Assembly (NCBI GenBank): GCA_944363715.1
Contig: CALVUX010000008.1
Span: forward strand, 2,928-66,927
Source: an uncultured Bacilli bacterium
GTDB lineage: Bacteria; Bacillota_I; Bacilli_A; RF39; UBA660
Direction: 5' to 3'
DNA: 64,000 nucleotides
Shown here: piece by piece, positions 30,691-41,093 of the stretch
Position numbering within the stretch: the stretch's first letter is position 1
How the letters are laid out: each line of letters opens with the position of its first letter
Position numbers and translations under genes: made by a program
The notes under the pieces: model-generated
The model's input: only the letters and a program-made list of their open reading frames with translations
Told to the model about the DNA's origin: nothing
Database searches by the model: none

Positions 30691-32364
30691 CTATTTTTTT
30701 ATGTCTAGAATTATTGGTAATATTAATGGTCTTCTTCCAGTTAGATTCATAATAAATGGTATTAAATCTAAACTTAGTTGATTTTTAATATCAGTAAATG
30801 TAGCTTTTTTATCTTTTAATTTCTCATTAATAACATTAGTAGCTTCTTTTTCAATCCTTTTTATTAATTCTTCATTTTCATTTACTAAAACAAATCCTCT
30901 TGTTGTAATATTAGGTTTAGTTAGGAGTGTTCTTTCTTTAGAATTAAGATTGGCAATTACTACCAAAATACCATCGCTAGCCATTATTTTTCTATCTCTT
31001 ATAACGGCACTACCAACTTCACCAATTCTAGAACCATCTACATAAATATCATTGTTAGGATAACTTTCACCTTTAGTTATTTTATGATTCTTTAAGATTA
31101 GACTATCACCATTTTTCAATATGAAAGTATTTTCTTTAGGAATACCACAGTCAATTCCAAGATTAGCATGTTGTTTTAACATTCTATAATCTCCATGGAA
31201 TGGCATTAAGTATTTAGGTTTTAGTAATCTAATCATTAGTTTTAATTCTTCCTGGTTAGCATGACCTGATGTATGTAAGTTATTCATAGTCATGTTTGTA
31301 AAGACTTTAACACCTTTTAAATATAACTTATTAATAGTCTTATGAATACTTAAAGCATTACCAGGAATGGCACTTGATGAAAATATAACAATATCATCTG
31401 GTCTTAATTTAATTTGTTTATGAGTTCCATCTGCTATTCTTGATAGAGCGGCAAGTGGTTCTCCTTGGGAACCAGTACAAAGGATTGTTACTTCTCCAGG
31501 TTTTAAGGTATTGGCAACTTCTGGTGTTACTAATAGTTCTTTATGGTCAATATATCCACCTTTAATAGAGATATCAATATTATTTTCCATACTTCGACCA
31601 AAGACACATATTTTTCTACCATGTTGATAACAAGATTCAAATATATGCTTTATTCTATAAATATTAGAGGCAAAAGTTGCAATTATAATACGATTATATT
31701 TGTATTTATCAAAGATATCAATAATAGCATCATCAACACGTGATTCACTAATTGACATTCCTTCGTTTAGAGCATTAGTACTATCACTTATCAATAAATC
31801 TACTCCTTCTTCACCCATTTTAGCCATTTTATATAAATCTGCCATTGGTCCAATAGGAGTTAGGTCAAATTTAAAATCTCCTGTTGTTACGATTCTTCCA
31901 TTTGGAGTATTTATAGCAATACCGTGAGAATCAGGAATAGAGTGAGTTGTTCTAATAAACTCTACTTCCATATGTTTAAATTTTAATTTTGTATTTTCAT
32001 CGTATGCAAATAAATTATCAAATCTAATATTTTTGTCTTCTAATTTTAATTTAATTAATTCTTTAGCTTGATTAGGTGCATAGATAGCAGGAATATTAAC
32101 ACTTCTTAATAAAAAGGGAATAGCCCCTATGTGGTCTTCATGACCATGAGTAATAAGTAGTGCTTTAATTTTATCTTCGTTTTCTTGTAAAAATGAGTAA
32201 TCTGGAAGGACATAATCTATACCTAAAAGTTCTCCTTCTGCAAAAGATACTCCCGCGTCTATAACAATAATTTCATCTTCATGCATTACACAATACATGT
32301 TTTTTCCTACTTCTCCTAAGCCACCTAAAACAATTATTTTTGTTTCGTCTGACTTTTTATTCAT
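30691..32364 (-). CDS. rnjA: Ribonuclease J
   Basis: MBL motif HGHEDHIGA, beta-CASP fold, ~555 aa. Confidence 0.9.
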   Translation of the reverse strand: MNKKSDETKIIVLGGLGEVGKNMYCVMHEDEIIVIDAGVSFAEGELLGIDYVLPDYSFLQENEDKIKALLITHGHEDHIGAIPFLLRSVNIPAIYAPNQAKELIKLKLEDKNIRFDNLFAYDENTKLKFKHMEVEFIRTTHSIPDSHGIAINTPNGRIVTTGDFKFDLTPIGPMADLYKMAKMGEEGVDLLISDSTNALNEGMSISESRVDDAIIDIFDKYKYNRIIIATFASNIYRIKHIFESCYQHGRKICVFGRSMENNIDISIKGGYIDHKELLVTPEVANTLKPGEVTILCTGSQGEPLAALSRIADGTHKQIKLRPDDIVIFSSSAIPGNALSIHKTINKLYLKGVKVFTNMTMNNLHTSGHANQEELKLMIRLLKPKYLMPFHGDYRMLKQHANLGIDCGIPKENTFILKNGDSLILKNHKITKGESYPNNDIYVDGSRIGEVGSAVIRDRKIMASDGILVVIANLNSKERTLLTKPNITTRGFVLVNENEELIKRIEKEATNVINEKLKDKKATFTDIKNQLSLDLIPFIMNLTGRRPLILPIILDIKK

Positions 32365-32485
32365 TATTTCTCCTTTCTTTTAACCCGAAGAACTAACCGA
32401 TTTAGATTATACACTATTTTTTTTGTTTTGTCTATTGCAATTATTTTAGTATTATTCTATAATATTTAAAAAATGAGGTGAGATT

Positions 32486-33460
32486 ATGAGTTTGTATGAA
32501 GAATTATTTAGGGTGTGTGATGAATATAATAGATTTCAAAAATTAGGGCAAGATTATTCTTTAAGACAAATTGTTGTGATATTTAAAACTTTATTAGAAA
32601 GTTATGAGGATGAAGAATATGATGTTTCTATAAATGAAATTAATAGTTTGATAGCATTACCTAAGGATGAAAAATCTAAATCTTTGAAATTAGAAATAAA
32701 TGATCTTTATAATGGAGATACATTTTATAAGGGTATTAATCGTGTTTTAATATTTCCATATAAAATAGATAAATATATAAAAGCTTCTTCTTTTCAAAAT
32801 GATATGAATGTTAATTATTTAAAAGATTTTTTTATTAGTCTTGTTGTATATAGATATTCTAATAATTTAAAATCTATGGAAGATAATCAATTATTTGATT
32901 TTCTTGATTGCTATTTAGATTTAAAAAAAGATGATATTATAATATATCAAGAACAAAAGAAAAAATGTTTAGATGAGTATATTTTAAGAGAAAAAGAAAG
33001 AAAAATTGAGGCAGGGTTTATGGTTGATAAGTATAATATTATTAATAATGTTAAAGATTTTATTAATGAAAACTATGATACTAACTTAGATATTTTTTGT
33101 GAAGTTAATGAGTCACCTGATGGTCCTTCATGTGATTCTTCACACTATTATCTTGATTATTATAGGACTATAGGTTTAAAAGATAATGATGATATAGTTT
33201 TTAAGATAAAAGAATTATCATATGAAGCAGAAGATGATATAGATGCTTATAGGCCTTGTTTTTCTTATGACGAAAGTAAATGTTTAGATAAAGTTATTAA
33301 TGTATATAGATTAAGAAATAAAATGCAAGATTTAGTAGGGAAATATCCTAAGTTAAATGATTATTTTGATGATCTTAATCAAAAATATAGGATGTTATTA
33401 AAAGATAATGATATTGTTGATAATAAGAAAATAAAAAAATTAGTTGGTAATACCATCTAA
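32486..33460 (+). CDS. Hypothetical protein (324 aa)
   Basis: ORF only. Confidence 0.4.
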   Translation: MSLYEELFRVCDEYNRFQKLGQDYSLRQIVVIFKTLLESYEDEEYDVSINEINSLIALPKDEKSKSLKLEINDLYNGDTFYKGINRVLIFPYKIDKYIKASSFQNDMNVNYLKDFFISLVVYRYSNNLKSMEDNQLFDFLDCYLDLKKDDIIIYQEQKKKCLDEYILREKERKIEAGFMVDKYNIINNVKDFINENYDTNLDIFCEVNESPDGPSCDSSHYYLDYYRTIGLKDNDDIVFKIKELSYEAEDDIDAYRPCFSYDESKCLDKVINVYRLRNKMQDLVGKYPKLNDYFDDLNQKYRMLLKDNDIVDNKKIKKLVGNTI

Positions 33461-33515
33461 TTTTTTACATAGATTTTAAACTTGTGAAATTGACCTATTG
33501 AACCATAATTTTTAG

Positions 33516-34778
33516 TTATGTAATCATATATTTTTTTACTTGATTGATTTTTTGAACCATCTTCTGTTTTTCATAATAAGCATTATTAATAACGATAATA
33601 CTACCATCTTTTATTTCTTTAATCTTTTTAATTAATTCTTCTTCGCCATTATAGCCTAGATTACCTTTTAATGGTAAATCAAATTCATTAATAGGAATAT
33701 TTAATGATAATTTATATAGATAAGAATTCATTAAGATGAAATAGACATTGCTATAATCATCATGAAAATAATTCTTTATGGCTTCTATATCAGACATATA
33801 TTCATTTTGAAGATATCTATACTTAAATAAATTATTATCATATTTTGGATTACAAGTTATATAGTTTATTACTAATGCTAAGATTGGAAGACAGATAAAA
33901 ATAGGCGCTGTTTTGATGATGAGATTATTTATTTTTCTATATTTTTTTAGTAAATAATAAACTAAAGGAATTATTGCCGTTAGAAAATGACTTGGATTAA
34001 ATAAAGGATATGCCATTATCATGAAGACTAGTATATATAAAAGTTCAAAGTTTTTTGTCTTTAGATATTCTCTTATAATATATATTATAATTAATATTGT
34101 AAGGAGTGTTATTATATTGTAGTTACCATTACCATTTCTAAAGTCTAATAATCCTAGGAAGGCAAAGTTTATATAATCAAATAGAGCATTGTTAAGATAG
34201 AAGTATGCTATTACTAGTAGATTTGTTATGATAACTGGTAATATTCTTTTTAATATCTTTTTAGGTTTCTTTATATAATAAAGAGTAGGTAAGGCTAAAA
34301 ATATTCCTATACTTGATTTAGTTAGAAAAGCTAGACTTATTATTAGTCCTATTAAGTAATCACTTTTATTATGTTTTTCTAAATATATTAATAAAAATAT
34401 ATAAAATACTGATAGAGTATTATAACTTGGGGCAGTATCAAAGATAAAGTAAATAAAAAAGGGAAAAATTATTCTTTTATCTAGTTTATATACTATTATT
34501 AATGTAAATAGGGCATAAAGAGCATTTATTAGATAAAATACTATTAAATTATCACTTAATACTTTCATTAATAGTCCTGTTATGGCAGGGTATAATGGTG
34601 TTATTACCATATTAAAATCTTTATACATAATTAGACCATCACTAATGTTTTTACTGAAACCATAATTCCACATTAGGTCCATATCTATTGGTCTTAAAAA
34701 ATTAAAAATGAAAATCATAATGTAGCAAAAGATAAAAAATAATATTGCTTTTTTGTTTCTTTTAATTACTTCTATCAT
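33516..34778 (-). CDS. Polytopic integral membrane protein (possibly a glycosyltransferase/polymerase-like)
   Basis: More than ten predicted TM helices. Confidence 0.45.
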   Translation of the reverse strand: MIEVIKRNKKAILFFIFCYIMIFIFNFLRPIDMDLMWNYGFSKNISDGLIMYKDFNMVITPLYPAITGLLMKVLSDNLIVFYLINALYALFTLIIVYKLDKRIIFPFFIYFIFDTAPSYNTLSVFYIFLLIYLEKHNKSDYLIGLIISLAFLTKSSIGIFLALPTLYYIKKPKKILKRILPVIITNLLVIAYFYLNNALFDYINFAFLGLLDFRNGNGNYNIITLLTILIIIYIIREYLKTKNFELLYILVFMIMAYPLFNPSHFLTAIIPLVYYLLKKYRKINNLIIKTAPIFICLPILALVINYITCNPKYDNNLFKYRYLQNEYMSDIEAIKNYFHDDYSNVYFILMNSYLYKLSLNIPINEFDLPLKGNLGYNGEEELIKKIKEIKDGSIIVINNAYYEKQKMVQKINQVKKYMIT

Positions 34779-34830
34779 AAGTTTAACTCCTTTTTATTAT
34801 TATAATCATAATTTGATGATAAAAAAAGGA

Positions 34831-34859
34831 TTGACTTCTTAAGGGAACACTGCTATAAT
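34831..34859 (+). promoter_or_regulatory. rplM-rpsI promoter TTGACT-17-TATAAT, followed by a structured leader (possible L13-leader-type autoregulatory element)
   Basis: Consensus promoter. The leader 34860..34925 contains a cccac/gtggg hairpin. Confidence 0.5.
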
Positions 34860-34936
34860 TTTAATCGGTACATTTTATATCCCCACTAGAACTTAGGCTG
34901 TGGGAAAGCTTAGGTTATTTAGTAAAGGAGAATATT

Positions 34937-35365
34937 ATGAAAAGTTATATGCAAAAGAAAGAAACAGTAGAGAGAAAATGGTACGTAATTGATGCTGAAG
35001 GTAAACCTTTAGGTCGTGTGGCTAGTAAGGCTGCTCATATCTTACGTGGTAAGCATAAAGCTACTTATACACCTCATATTGATTGTGGTGACTATGTAAT
35101 TATTATTAATGCTTCTAAAGTTTTACTTACTGGTAATAAGTTAGAAGATAAGAAATATTATAGTCATTCTCAGTATCCAGGTGGATTAAGAACTAGAACT
35201 GCAAAAGAAATGATTGAGAAGTATCCTGAAGAAATGGCCCGTAAAGCTGTTAAAGGAATGTTACCAAAGAATCGTTTAGGTAGAGCGATGTATAAGAAAC
35301 TATTTGTTTATGCAGGTAGTGATCATAAACATATGGCTCAAAAACCTAGCGAGATGGATGTATAG
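34937..35365 (+). CDS. rplM: 50S ribosomal protein L13
   Basis: Full-length L13 similarity. Confidence 0.95.
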   Translation: MKSYMQKKETVERKWYVIDAEGKPLGRVASKAAHILRGKHKATYTPHIDCGDYVIIINASKVLLTGNKLEDKKYYSHSQYPGGLRTRTAKEMIEKYPEEMARKAVKGMLPKNRLGRAMYKKLFVYAGSDHKHMAQKPSEMDV

Positions 35366-35377
35366 GGAGGTTAAATT

Positions 35378-35800
35378 ATGGCAGATAAGAAAAAAGTATA
35401 TACTGGAACTGGTAGAAGAAAAACTAGTGTTGCAAGAGTAAGACTTACAGCAGGAACTGGTAAGATTACTATCAATGGTCGTGATGTTAATGAATATTTC
35501 CCATATCCAACTTTAGTTATGGATTTAACTCAACCACTTGATGTTACTAATACTCGTGATATGTTTGATGTTGATGCAGATGTAACTGGTGGTGGATTTT
35601 CTGGTCAAACTGGTGCAGTTAGATTAGGAATTACTAGAGCATTATTACAATATGATGCATCTACTCCAGCAGATTCTGAGAATAGTTTCCGTAAAGTATT
35701 AAAAGCTGAAGGATTTATTACTCGTGATGCACGTAAGAAAGAACGTAAAAAACCAGGTCTTAAGAAAGCTAGACGTGCTCCACAATTTAGTAAACGTTAA
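35378..35800 (+). CDS. rpsI: 30S ribosomal protein S9
   Basis: Full-length S9 similarity, ending in the canonical ...KR. Confidence 0.95.
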   Translation: MADKKKVYTGTGRRKTSVARVRLTAGTGKITINGRDVNEYFPYPTLVMDLTQPLDVTNTRDMFDVDADVTGGGFSGQTGAVRLGITRALLQYDASTPADSENSFRKVLKAEGFITRDARKKERKKPGLKKARRAPQFSKR

Positions 35801-35811
35801 TCTATTGTTTC

Positions 35812-35845
35812 TAAAGAGCATCTTTATAAGATGTTCTTTTTTTGA
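35812..35845 (+). terminator. Terminator of the rplM-rpsI operon
   Basis: agagcatc / gatgttct stem followed by T7. Confidence 0.6.
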
Positions 35846-35858
35846 AAGGAGAAATGAA

Positions 35859-36458
35859 ATGAGATTATTAACTACAGAGAAGATGGATGAATTTGTTCAA
35901 AATGAGTTTATTTATAAATATAAATTAGAACCTGGATTTGATATAAAAAAATTTTGGGATGAAAAATTAGATTTTGAGCTTAGACCAGTTCAAACTTTAA
36001 AAAAAACACCAAATAATAATGAATTTGGTTTTGCTTTTGATTTTGATGATGAAAGAGGTATTTTATATTATCTAGATGAAAGTTTAGGGAAAAATAATTT
36101 AGATAAAAATGATATTATAATGGAAGACAGATATATTAGAGTTAGATTAGCTTCTGCTATTAGTACTTTAATGTGTTATTATTCTAAAATAGAGCAGGAA
36201 AAGAATAATTTAGATTATATTATTTATACTAGTGAAGATTTTAAATATATATATCCTGATAAAAAATTGTATACTACTAATTTGGTACAATATGAAGAAG
36301 ACTTGTTATTTGCAGAGTCTTTGTTATTACCAAGAGATTATTTAGAAGAAGCAGTTTTTTATTATTCAGATTGTCTTTTTGAAGAATTAGAAAATGAGTT
36401 TGATGTTCCTTTTAGTTTTGTTTATAATAGATGTAAAAAGTTGAAACTAATAAAGTGA
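35859..36458 (+). CDS. Hypothetical protein with a degenerate ImmA/IrrE-like C-terminal region (no HExxH)
   Basis: Start is the ATG after the SD aaaggag; the track ORF overlapping rpsI was trimmed. The C-terminal EEDLLFAESLLLPRDYL resembles the ImmA E..AN.FA.ELLMP block. Confidence 0.4.
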   Translation: MRLLTTEKMDEFVQNEFIYKYKLEPGFDIKKFWDEKLDFELRPVQTLKKTPNNNEFGFAFDFDDERGILYYLDESLGKNNLDKNDIIMEDRYIRVRLASAISTLMCYYSKIEQEKNNLDYIIYTSEDFKYIYPDKKLYTTNLVQYEEDLLFAESLLLPRDYLEEAVFYYSDCLFEELENEFDVPFSFVYNRCKKLKLIK

Positions 36459-36667
36459 TAATAATTTTATATTAATATGTTATTACAAAACTTTAGGTTG
36501 TAGAGTTTATACAAACAAGAGTCTAGTTTATAGTTCTTGTTTCTTTTTGGTATAGATTTAGATATTTGTTTGTGATATTATATATACAAGACCTGAGGTA
36601 GGTAGCTAAATGCTAAGCGTATGTTAAGTACGTTGCCCCTCAGGCATTTTTTTGTTATACTTTATTT

Positions 36668-37366
36668 ATGAAAAAGTGTTTGAGTAATTTTGATTTAAAA
36701 CTGATTGCAATTATTACCATGACAATAGATCATATTGGCGTTGTTTTTGGTACACCTTTTTATAATTTGTTGAGAGCAGTGGGGAGACTTTCTTTTCCTA
36801 TCTTTGCCTTTTTATTAACAGAAGGATATGTTCATACTAAAAGCTTTAGTAAATATTTCTTAAGACTTCTAGTACTTGCTTTAATTTCAGAAGTTATTTA
36901 TGATTATGTTTTCTTTGGTAGTTTTATTTATAGAGGTGCAAATAATATTTTCTTTACTCTTGCTTTAGGTCTTTTAACTTTGTTTTTATTAGATAAAAGT
37001 AAAGGTTTAATTAAGAGATATTTTAAAGATAAGGTGGATTTATTTATTATATTACCTATTACATATTTATTAATTATTGTTATTATGGGATTAATGGGAG
37101 AATTTTTAAATTTTAGTTATGGAATGTTAGGTATTCTTGTTATTAGTTTTTTCTACTTATTTAAAGATAATTTTCCTCTTGTTGTTATATCAGTTAGTTT
37201 ATCAACATTAATACTTGGAGAAGGGATGCAATACTTTTTGTTATTTTCTTTAATCTTAATTTATTTTTATAATAAGAAACTTGGTAAAAAGTGTAAGTTA
37301 TTTTTCTATTTATATTATCCATTACATATATTAGTTTTAGGATTTATAAAAATGCTTATGGGCTAA
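36668..37366 (+). CDS. TraX family membrane protein
   Basis: N-terminus FDLKLIAIITMTIDHIG and polytopic topology typical of TraX. Confidence 0.65.
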   Translation: MKKCLSNFDLKLIAIITMTIDHIGVVFGTPFYNLLRAVGRLSFPIFAFLLTEGYVHTKSFSKYFLRLLVLALISEVIYDYVFFGSFIYRGANNIFFTLALGLLTLFLLDKSKGLIKRYFKDKVDLFIILPITYLLIIVIMGLMGEFLNFSYGMLGILVISFFYLFKDNFPLVVISVSLSTLILGEGMQYFLLFSLILIYFYNKKLGKKCKLFFYLYYPLHILVLGFIKMLMG

Positions 37367-37408
37367 CAATGTTTCTTTATTTTTTTTTTCTCATAGACTA
37401 TTTTAGAG

Positions 37409-37759
37409 GTGAAGGAAATGTTAAATTTAACACTATTACAACAGATGTTAGTTGTTGCAATCGCTCTTAGTGTTATAACTTGTGCTTTTATTCAGAAGAC
37501 AAAGAAATATTTTCCATGTTCTAGCTGTTTAGTTATTTATAATTTAGTAGTTAATTTTGTAGTGGGGACACTTTTTTGTATTACTTTTACGAGTGTAGAT
37601 TTTCCTAATAGTCTATGGGTATCTTTCTTTAGTTTTATAGGTGCTGATACACTTTATAAGTCTTTAGATGGTAAACTTAAAGATTATTCTTCTTTAGTTA
37701 ATACTGATTATATTACAGTAAAGAAGTCTAATATTATAAGTACGGAGAGTGATAAGTAA
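37409..37759 (+). CDS. Holin-like small membrane protein
   Basis: ~115 aa with 2-3 TM helices and a charged C-terminus. Its stop overlaps the start of the downstream peptidoglycan hydrolase (taATGg). Confidence 0.5.
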   Translation: MKEMLNLTLLQQMLVVAIALSVITCAFIQKTKKYFPCSSCLVIYNLVVNFVVGTLFCITFTSVDFPNSLWVSFFSFIGADTLYKSLDGKLKDYSSLVNTDYITVKKSNIISTESDK

Positions 37760-38490
37760 TGGAAAAACCAATATATCCTAGTCCTTATATGAGAATAACA
37801 CAAGGGTATATGACTGGTACTCATGCTGATAGTTATGCGATTGATGATGCTGGGAGTGATAGTGGAATTGACTTTATAGTCGCTCCTTTTACTGGTGTTA
37901 TTAGAAAAATTTATACTGGGGATGCTAATGAAGTGTGGCTTGAGAGTAGTGAACCTGTAATTTATCCTGATGGAACAGTTGATTATATGACGATGATGTT
38001 CGCTCATGATAATGATGTTTCAAATCTTTTTGTGGGGAAAGTAATAAATCGTGGAGAAAGGTTTTATGAAGAAGGTACAAAAGGTAATGCTAGTGGTAAT
38101 CATGTTCATATGGAATGTGGTAGAGGTAAGTTTACTGGTAGTGGGTGGCATCAAAATAGTGCTAATTACTGGTCTATTAATAATGGAAAGAATCCTACAG
38201 AGTGTTTATGGATAGATGATAGTATTACAGTTTTGAATAATAATGGTTATACTTTTAAGAAAATAGAGCCTGAGGTTAGTGTTCCAGATACTCCTGTTAC
38301 AGAAGAACCTATAGTTGAAGATCCAGTAGAAGATAATAATTCTTCTGATAATACGACTGATACTGATACAACTGTTGATGATAATAACAGTAATACTGAA
38401 GTAGTTAAACCTAAACTTATATTTACTTGTAAGAGTGATGATATTTATGCAATAGAATTAAAAGCAGGGCAGAAACTTTACTTAGAGTAA
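37759..38490 (+). CDS. M23-family peptidoglycan endopeptidase (lysin-like) with a T/D-rich linker and a small C-terminal domain
   Basis: M23 metal ligands HADSYAIDD (HxxxD) and GNHVHME (HxH). Confidence 0.7.
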   Translation: MEKPIYPSPYMRITQGYMTGTHADSYAIDDAGSDSGIDFIVAPFTGVIRKIYTGDANEVWLESSEPVIYPDGTVDYMTMMFAHDNDVSNLFVGKVINRGERFYEEGTKGNASGNHVHMECGRGKFTGSGWHQNSANYWSINNGKNPTECLWIDDSITVLNNNGYTFKKIEPEVSVPDTPVTEEPIVEDPVEDNNSSDNTTDTDTTVDDNNSNTEVVKPKLIFTCKSDDIYAIELKAGQKLYLE

Positions 38491-38509
38491 AAAAAGAGTC
38501 AAGTGACTC

Positions 38510-39310
38510 TTAACCTAGGGCAACATCTAATATCATCATTACCATAAATCCTAGAATTGTAAATAAGGCCATTAGGTCTTTTTTCTTATTAGTTTGACTT
38601 TCTGGGATTAGTTCTTCTACAACAACATAAATCATGGCTCCTGCTGCGAATGCTAATAAGAATGGTAGTATTAATTGTATTTTTAAGACTAGTAGGGCAC
38701 CTATAACGGCTGCAATTGGTTCTACTACTCCTGATAGTTGTCCATAAAAGAAAGCTTTACCTCTTGTGTAACCTTCCCTTCTTAATGGTAGAGATACAGC
38801 ACTACCTTCTGGAAAGTTTTGTAATCCTATACCAAGGGCAAGAGTTAAAGCACTTGCTAGAGTAGAACCTGTTAGAGAGTAGGCAAGAGAACCAAAGGCT
38901 ACTCCTACTGCCATTCCTTCGGGGATATTATGAAGTGTAATTGATGATATTAACATAAAGCATCTTTTAGCTTTTGAACTATTTTCATCCTTTCTTAATT
39001 TACTCAAATAATCATAGACTTTATCACCGATAAATAGTAAAACTCCTCCTGATAAGAAACCTAGTGATATTACTATCCAACTAGTCATATTTAACTCATT
39101 AGCCATTTCAATCGCAGGAGAAATTAAACTAAAGAAACTAGCTGCTATCATGACACCTGCTGCAAAACCTAATAGAGCATCCATTAGAGTCTTATTCACT
39201 TTCTTAAAAAAGAAAACTATACTTGCGCCTAGTGCCGTTATACTCCAAGTAAAGAGACAGGCAATAAATGCTTGTAAAACTGGTGATAAATTATTAAATG
39301 AATCTAACAT
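38510..39310 (-). CDS. zupT: ZIP family zinc transporter
   Basis: Conserved LHNIPEGMAVG and LQNFPEG motifs in eight TM helices. Confidence 0.85.
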   Translation of the reverse strand: MLDSFNNLSPVLQAFIACLFTWSITALGASIVFFFKKVNKTLMDALLGFAAGVMIAASFFSLISPAIEMANELNMTSWIVISLGFLSGGVLLFIGDKVYDYLSKLRKDENSSKAKRCFMLISSITLHNIPEGMAVGVAFGSLAYSLTGSTLASALTLALGIGLQNFPEGSAVSLPLRREGYTRGKAFFYGQLSGVVEPIAAVIGALLVLKIQLILPFLLAFAAGAMIYVVVEELIPESQTNKKKDLMALFTILGFMVMMILDVALG

Positions 39311-39483
39311 TATAACACCTCTAGTTGTAAGTTATGCAAAATGTGTTAATAGTAGTGGGCTAAAAGTAAAATTTTATTTGCTGTATATAATATAATGAAC
39401 ACTAATTTAATATATAGGGGGTCGTTATGAAAAAAGATATCATTGAAACAGAAATAGTTGTTCAATAGAATAAGATAAGGGTT

Positions 39484-40278
39484 ATGAGTGTGGGGGATAC
39501 TGATTATATTTCTTTAACTGATCTAGCTAGATATGCTAATCCAAGTGAACCTAAAATTCCTATTTATGCTTGGATGAGAAATAAAGATGTTTTAGCTTAT
39601 TTAGGTTTGTGGGAAAAATTAAATAATAAAAATTTCAAAGGTCACGAATTCGAGACCTTTATGAATGAAGCTGGTAAAAATAGTTTTTATATGTCACCAC
39701 AGAAATGGATTAAAGAGACTAATGCAGTTTGAATCATTTCAAAGTCTGGTAATAATGGAGGAACTTATGCTTCTAGTGATATTGCTTTAGAATTTGCTAG
39801 TTGGTTAAGTCCCGAATTTAAACTTTATGTTATTCAGGAATTTCAACATTTAAAAAGAGATGTTGCTTATCAGGAAAAAGTGGAATGGCATGTTAATAGA
39901 ATACTTTAAAAAGTTAATTATTTAGTTCATACTAATGCTGTTAAGAACTATATTGTACCTAATTTAACCGATAAACAAAAAAGATTTGCTTATGCAAATG
40001 AAGCGGACGTTTTAAATGTAGCATTGTTCGGAATGACTGCTAAAGAGTGGAGAGATAAAAATCCTTCACTTGCTCTTGAAGGCAATATTCGAGATTATAC
40101 TGATTTGTTACATTTAGTTATTTTAAGTAATTTGGAAAGTATTAATGCAGAATTTATCGCTAGTAATATTCCTCAAAGCGAAAGACTTGTAAAACTAAAT
40201 AGTATTGCTAGAAAACAAATGGATATTTTAGTTAATAATAAAGGAATTAAAGATTTAGAATTATTAGAAGAAAAATGA
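39484..40278 (+). pseudogene. KilA-N domain protein disrupted by two in-frame stops (TGA at 39730, TAA at ~39907)
   Basis: Three collinear same-frame segments. The middle segment IISKSGNNGGTYASSDIALEFASWLSPEFKLYVIQEF is a KilA-N core. Confidence 0.55.
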
Positions 40279-40321
40279 TATAGATAATATTTTATGCTAT
40301 TAAAAACATATAATTTAATGG

Positions 40322-41005
40322 GTGCTTATAATGATAAGAAAATATAAAGTTCTTTTTTTAATTATGTTTATAGTTTTACTGATGTCTTTACAGTTTGTTG
40401 ATGCTAAGATTAAGCCTAAAAAGACTTTAAATGGAAAAGTGATAACGATAGATAGTGGTCATGGAGGTAGGGACTCAGGTACTAGTTATGGTAAACTTTA
40501 TGAAAAGGATCTTAATTTAGAGATATCTAAAGTGTTAAAGAAAGTGTTGAAGGAAAAAGGTGCGACTGTCTATATGATAAGGGAAGATGATAGTGATTTA
40601 TCTAGTAAATGGGATAGTGCTAAGAAAAGGGGAGATTTATATAGAAGAATATTAAAGATACAAGAGAATAAGAGTGATTTGTATTTATCTATTCATATAA
40701 ATTATCATTATCATAGTAGTGTTAGTGGGGCTGAGGTTTTATATCATCCAATTAATCCTAATAATTTAGTACTTGCTGAATCTATTATGAATGAATTTAA
40801 AAATGATTTAAATACTGATAGAGAAGTTATTAAGACCAATTTATATCTTTATTCTAATACAAGAGTACCTGGTGTTTTAATAGAGTGTGGCTTTATATCT
40901 AATCCTAATGAAAGGTATTTATTACAAAAAGAAAGTTATCAAGAAAAACTTGCTAATTCTATTACTAAAGGGGTAGAAAATTATTTTAAAGAGATAGAGA
41001 TATAA
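40322..41005 (+). CDS. N-acetylmuramoyl-L-alanine amidase (CwlD-like, Amidase_3)
   Basis: ITIDSGHGGRDSGT and the ECGFISNP motif. Signal peptide/TM at the N-terminus. Confidence 0.8.
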   Translation: MLIMIRKYKVLFLIMFIVLLMSLQFVDAKIKPKKTLNGKVITIDSGHGGRDSGTSYGKLYEKDLNLEISKVLKKVLKEKGATVYMIREDDSDLSSKWDSAKKRGDLYRRILKIQENKSDLYLSIHINYHYHSSVSGAEVLYHPINPNNLVLAESIMNEFKNDLNTDREVIKTNLYLYSNTRVPGVLIECGFISNPNERYLLQKESYQEKLANSITKGVENYFKEIEI

Positions 41006-41093
41006 TTTTGTATTTTTTGGAGTTGTACTCCAAATTTGTATAAATAATTTACTTCTTAAGATACGTATGATATACTTTTAGTAGAGGTAGATT

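Noticed and set aside
35724-35858. 5' extension of the track ORF 35724..36458 overlapping rpsI
   Set aside because: It overlaps the rpsI coding sequence and its terminator. An SD plus ATG at 35859 is a much better start.
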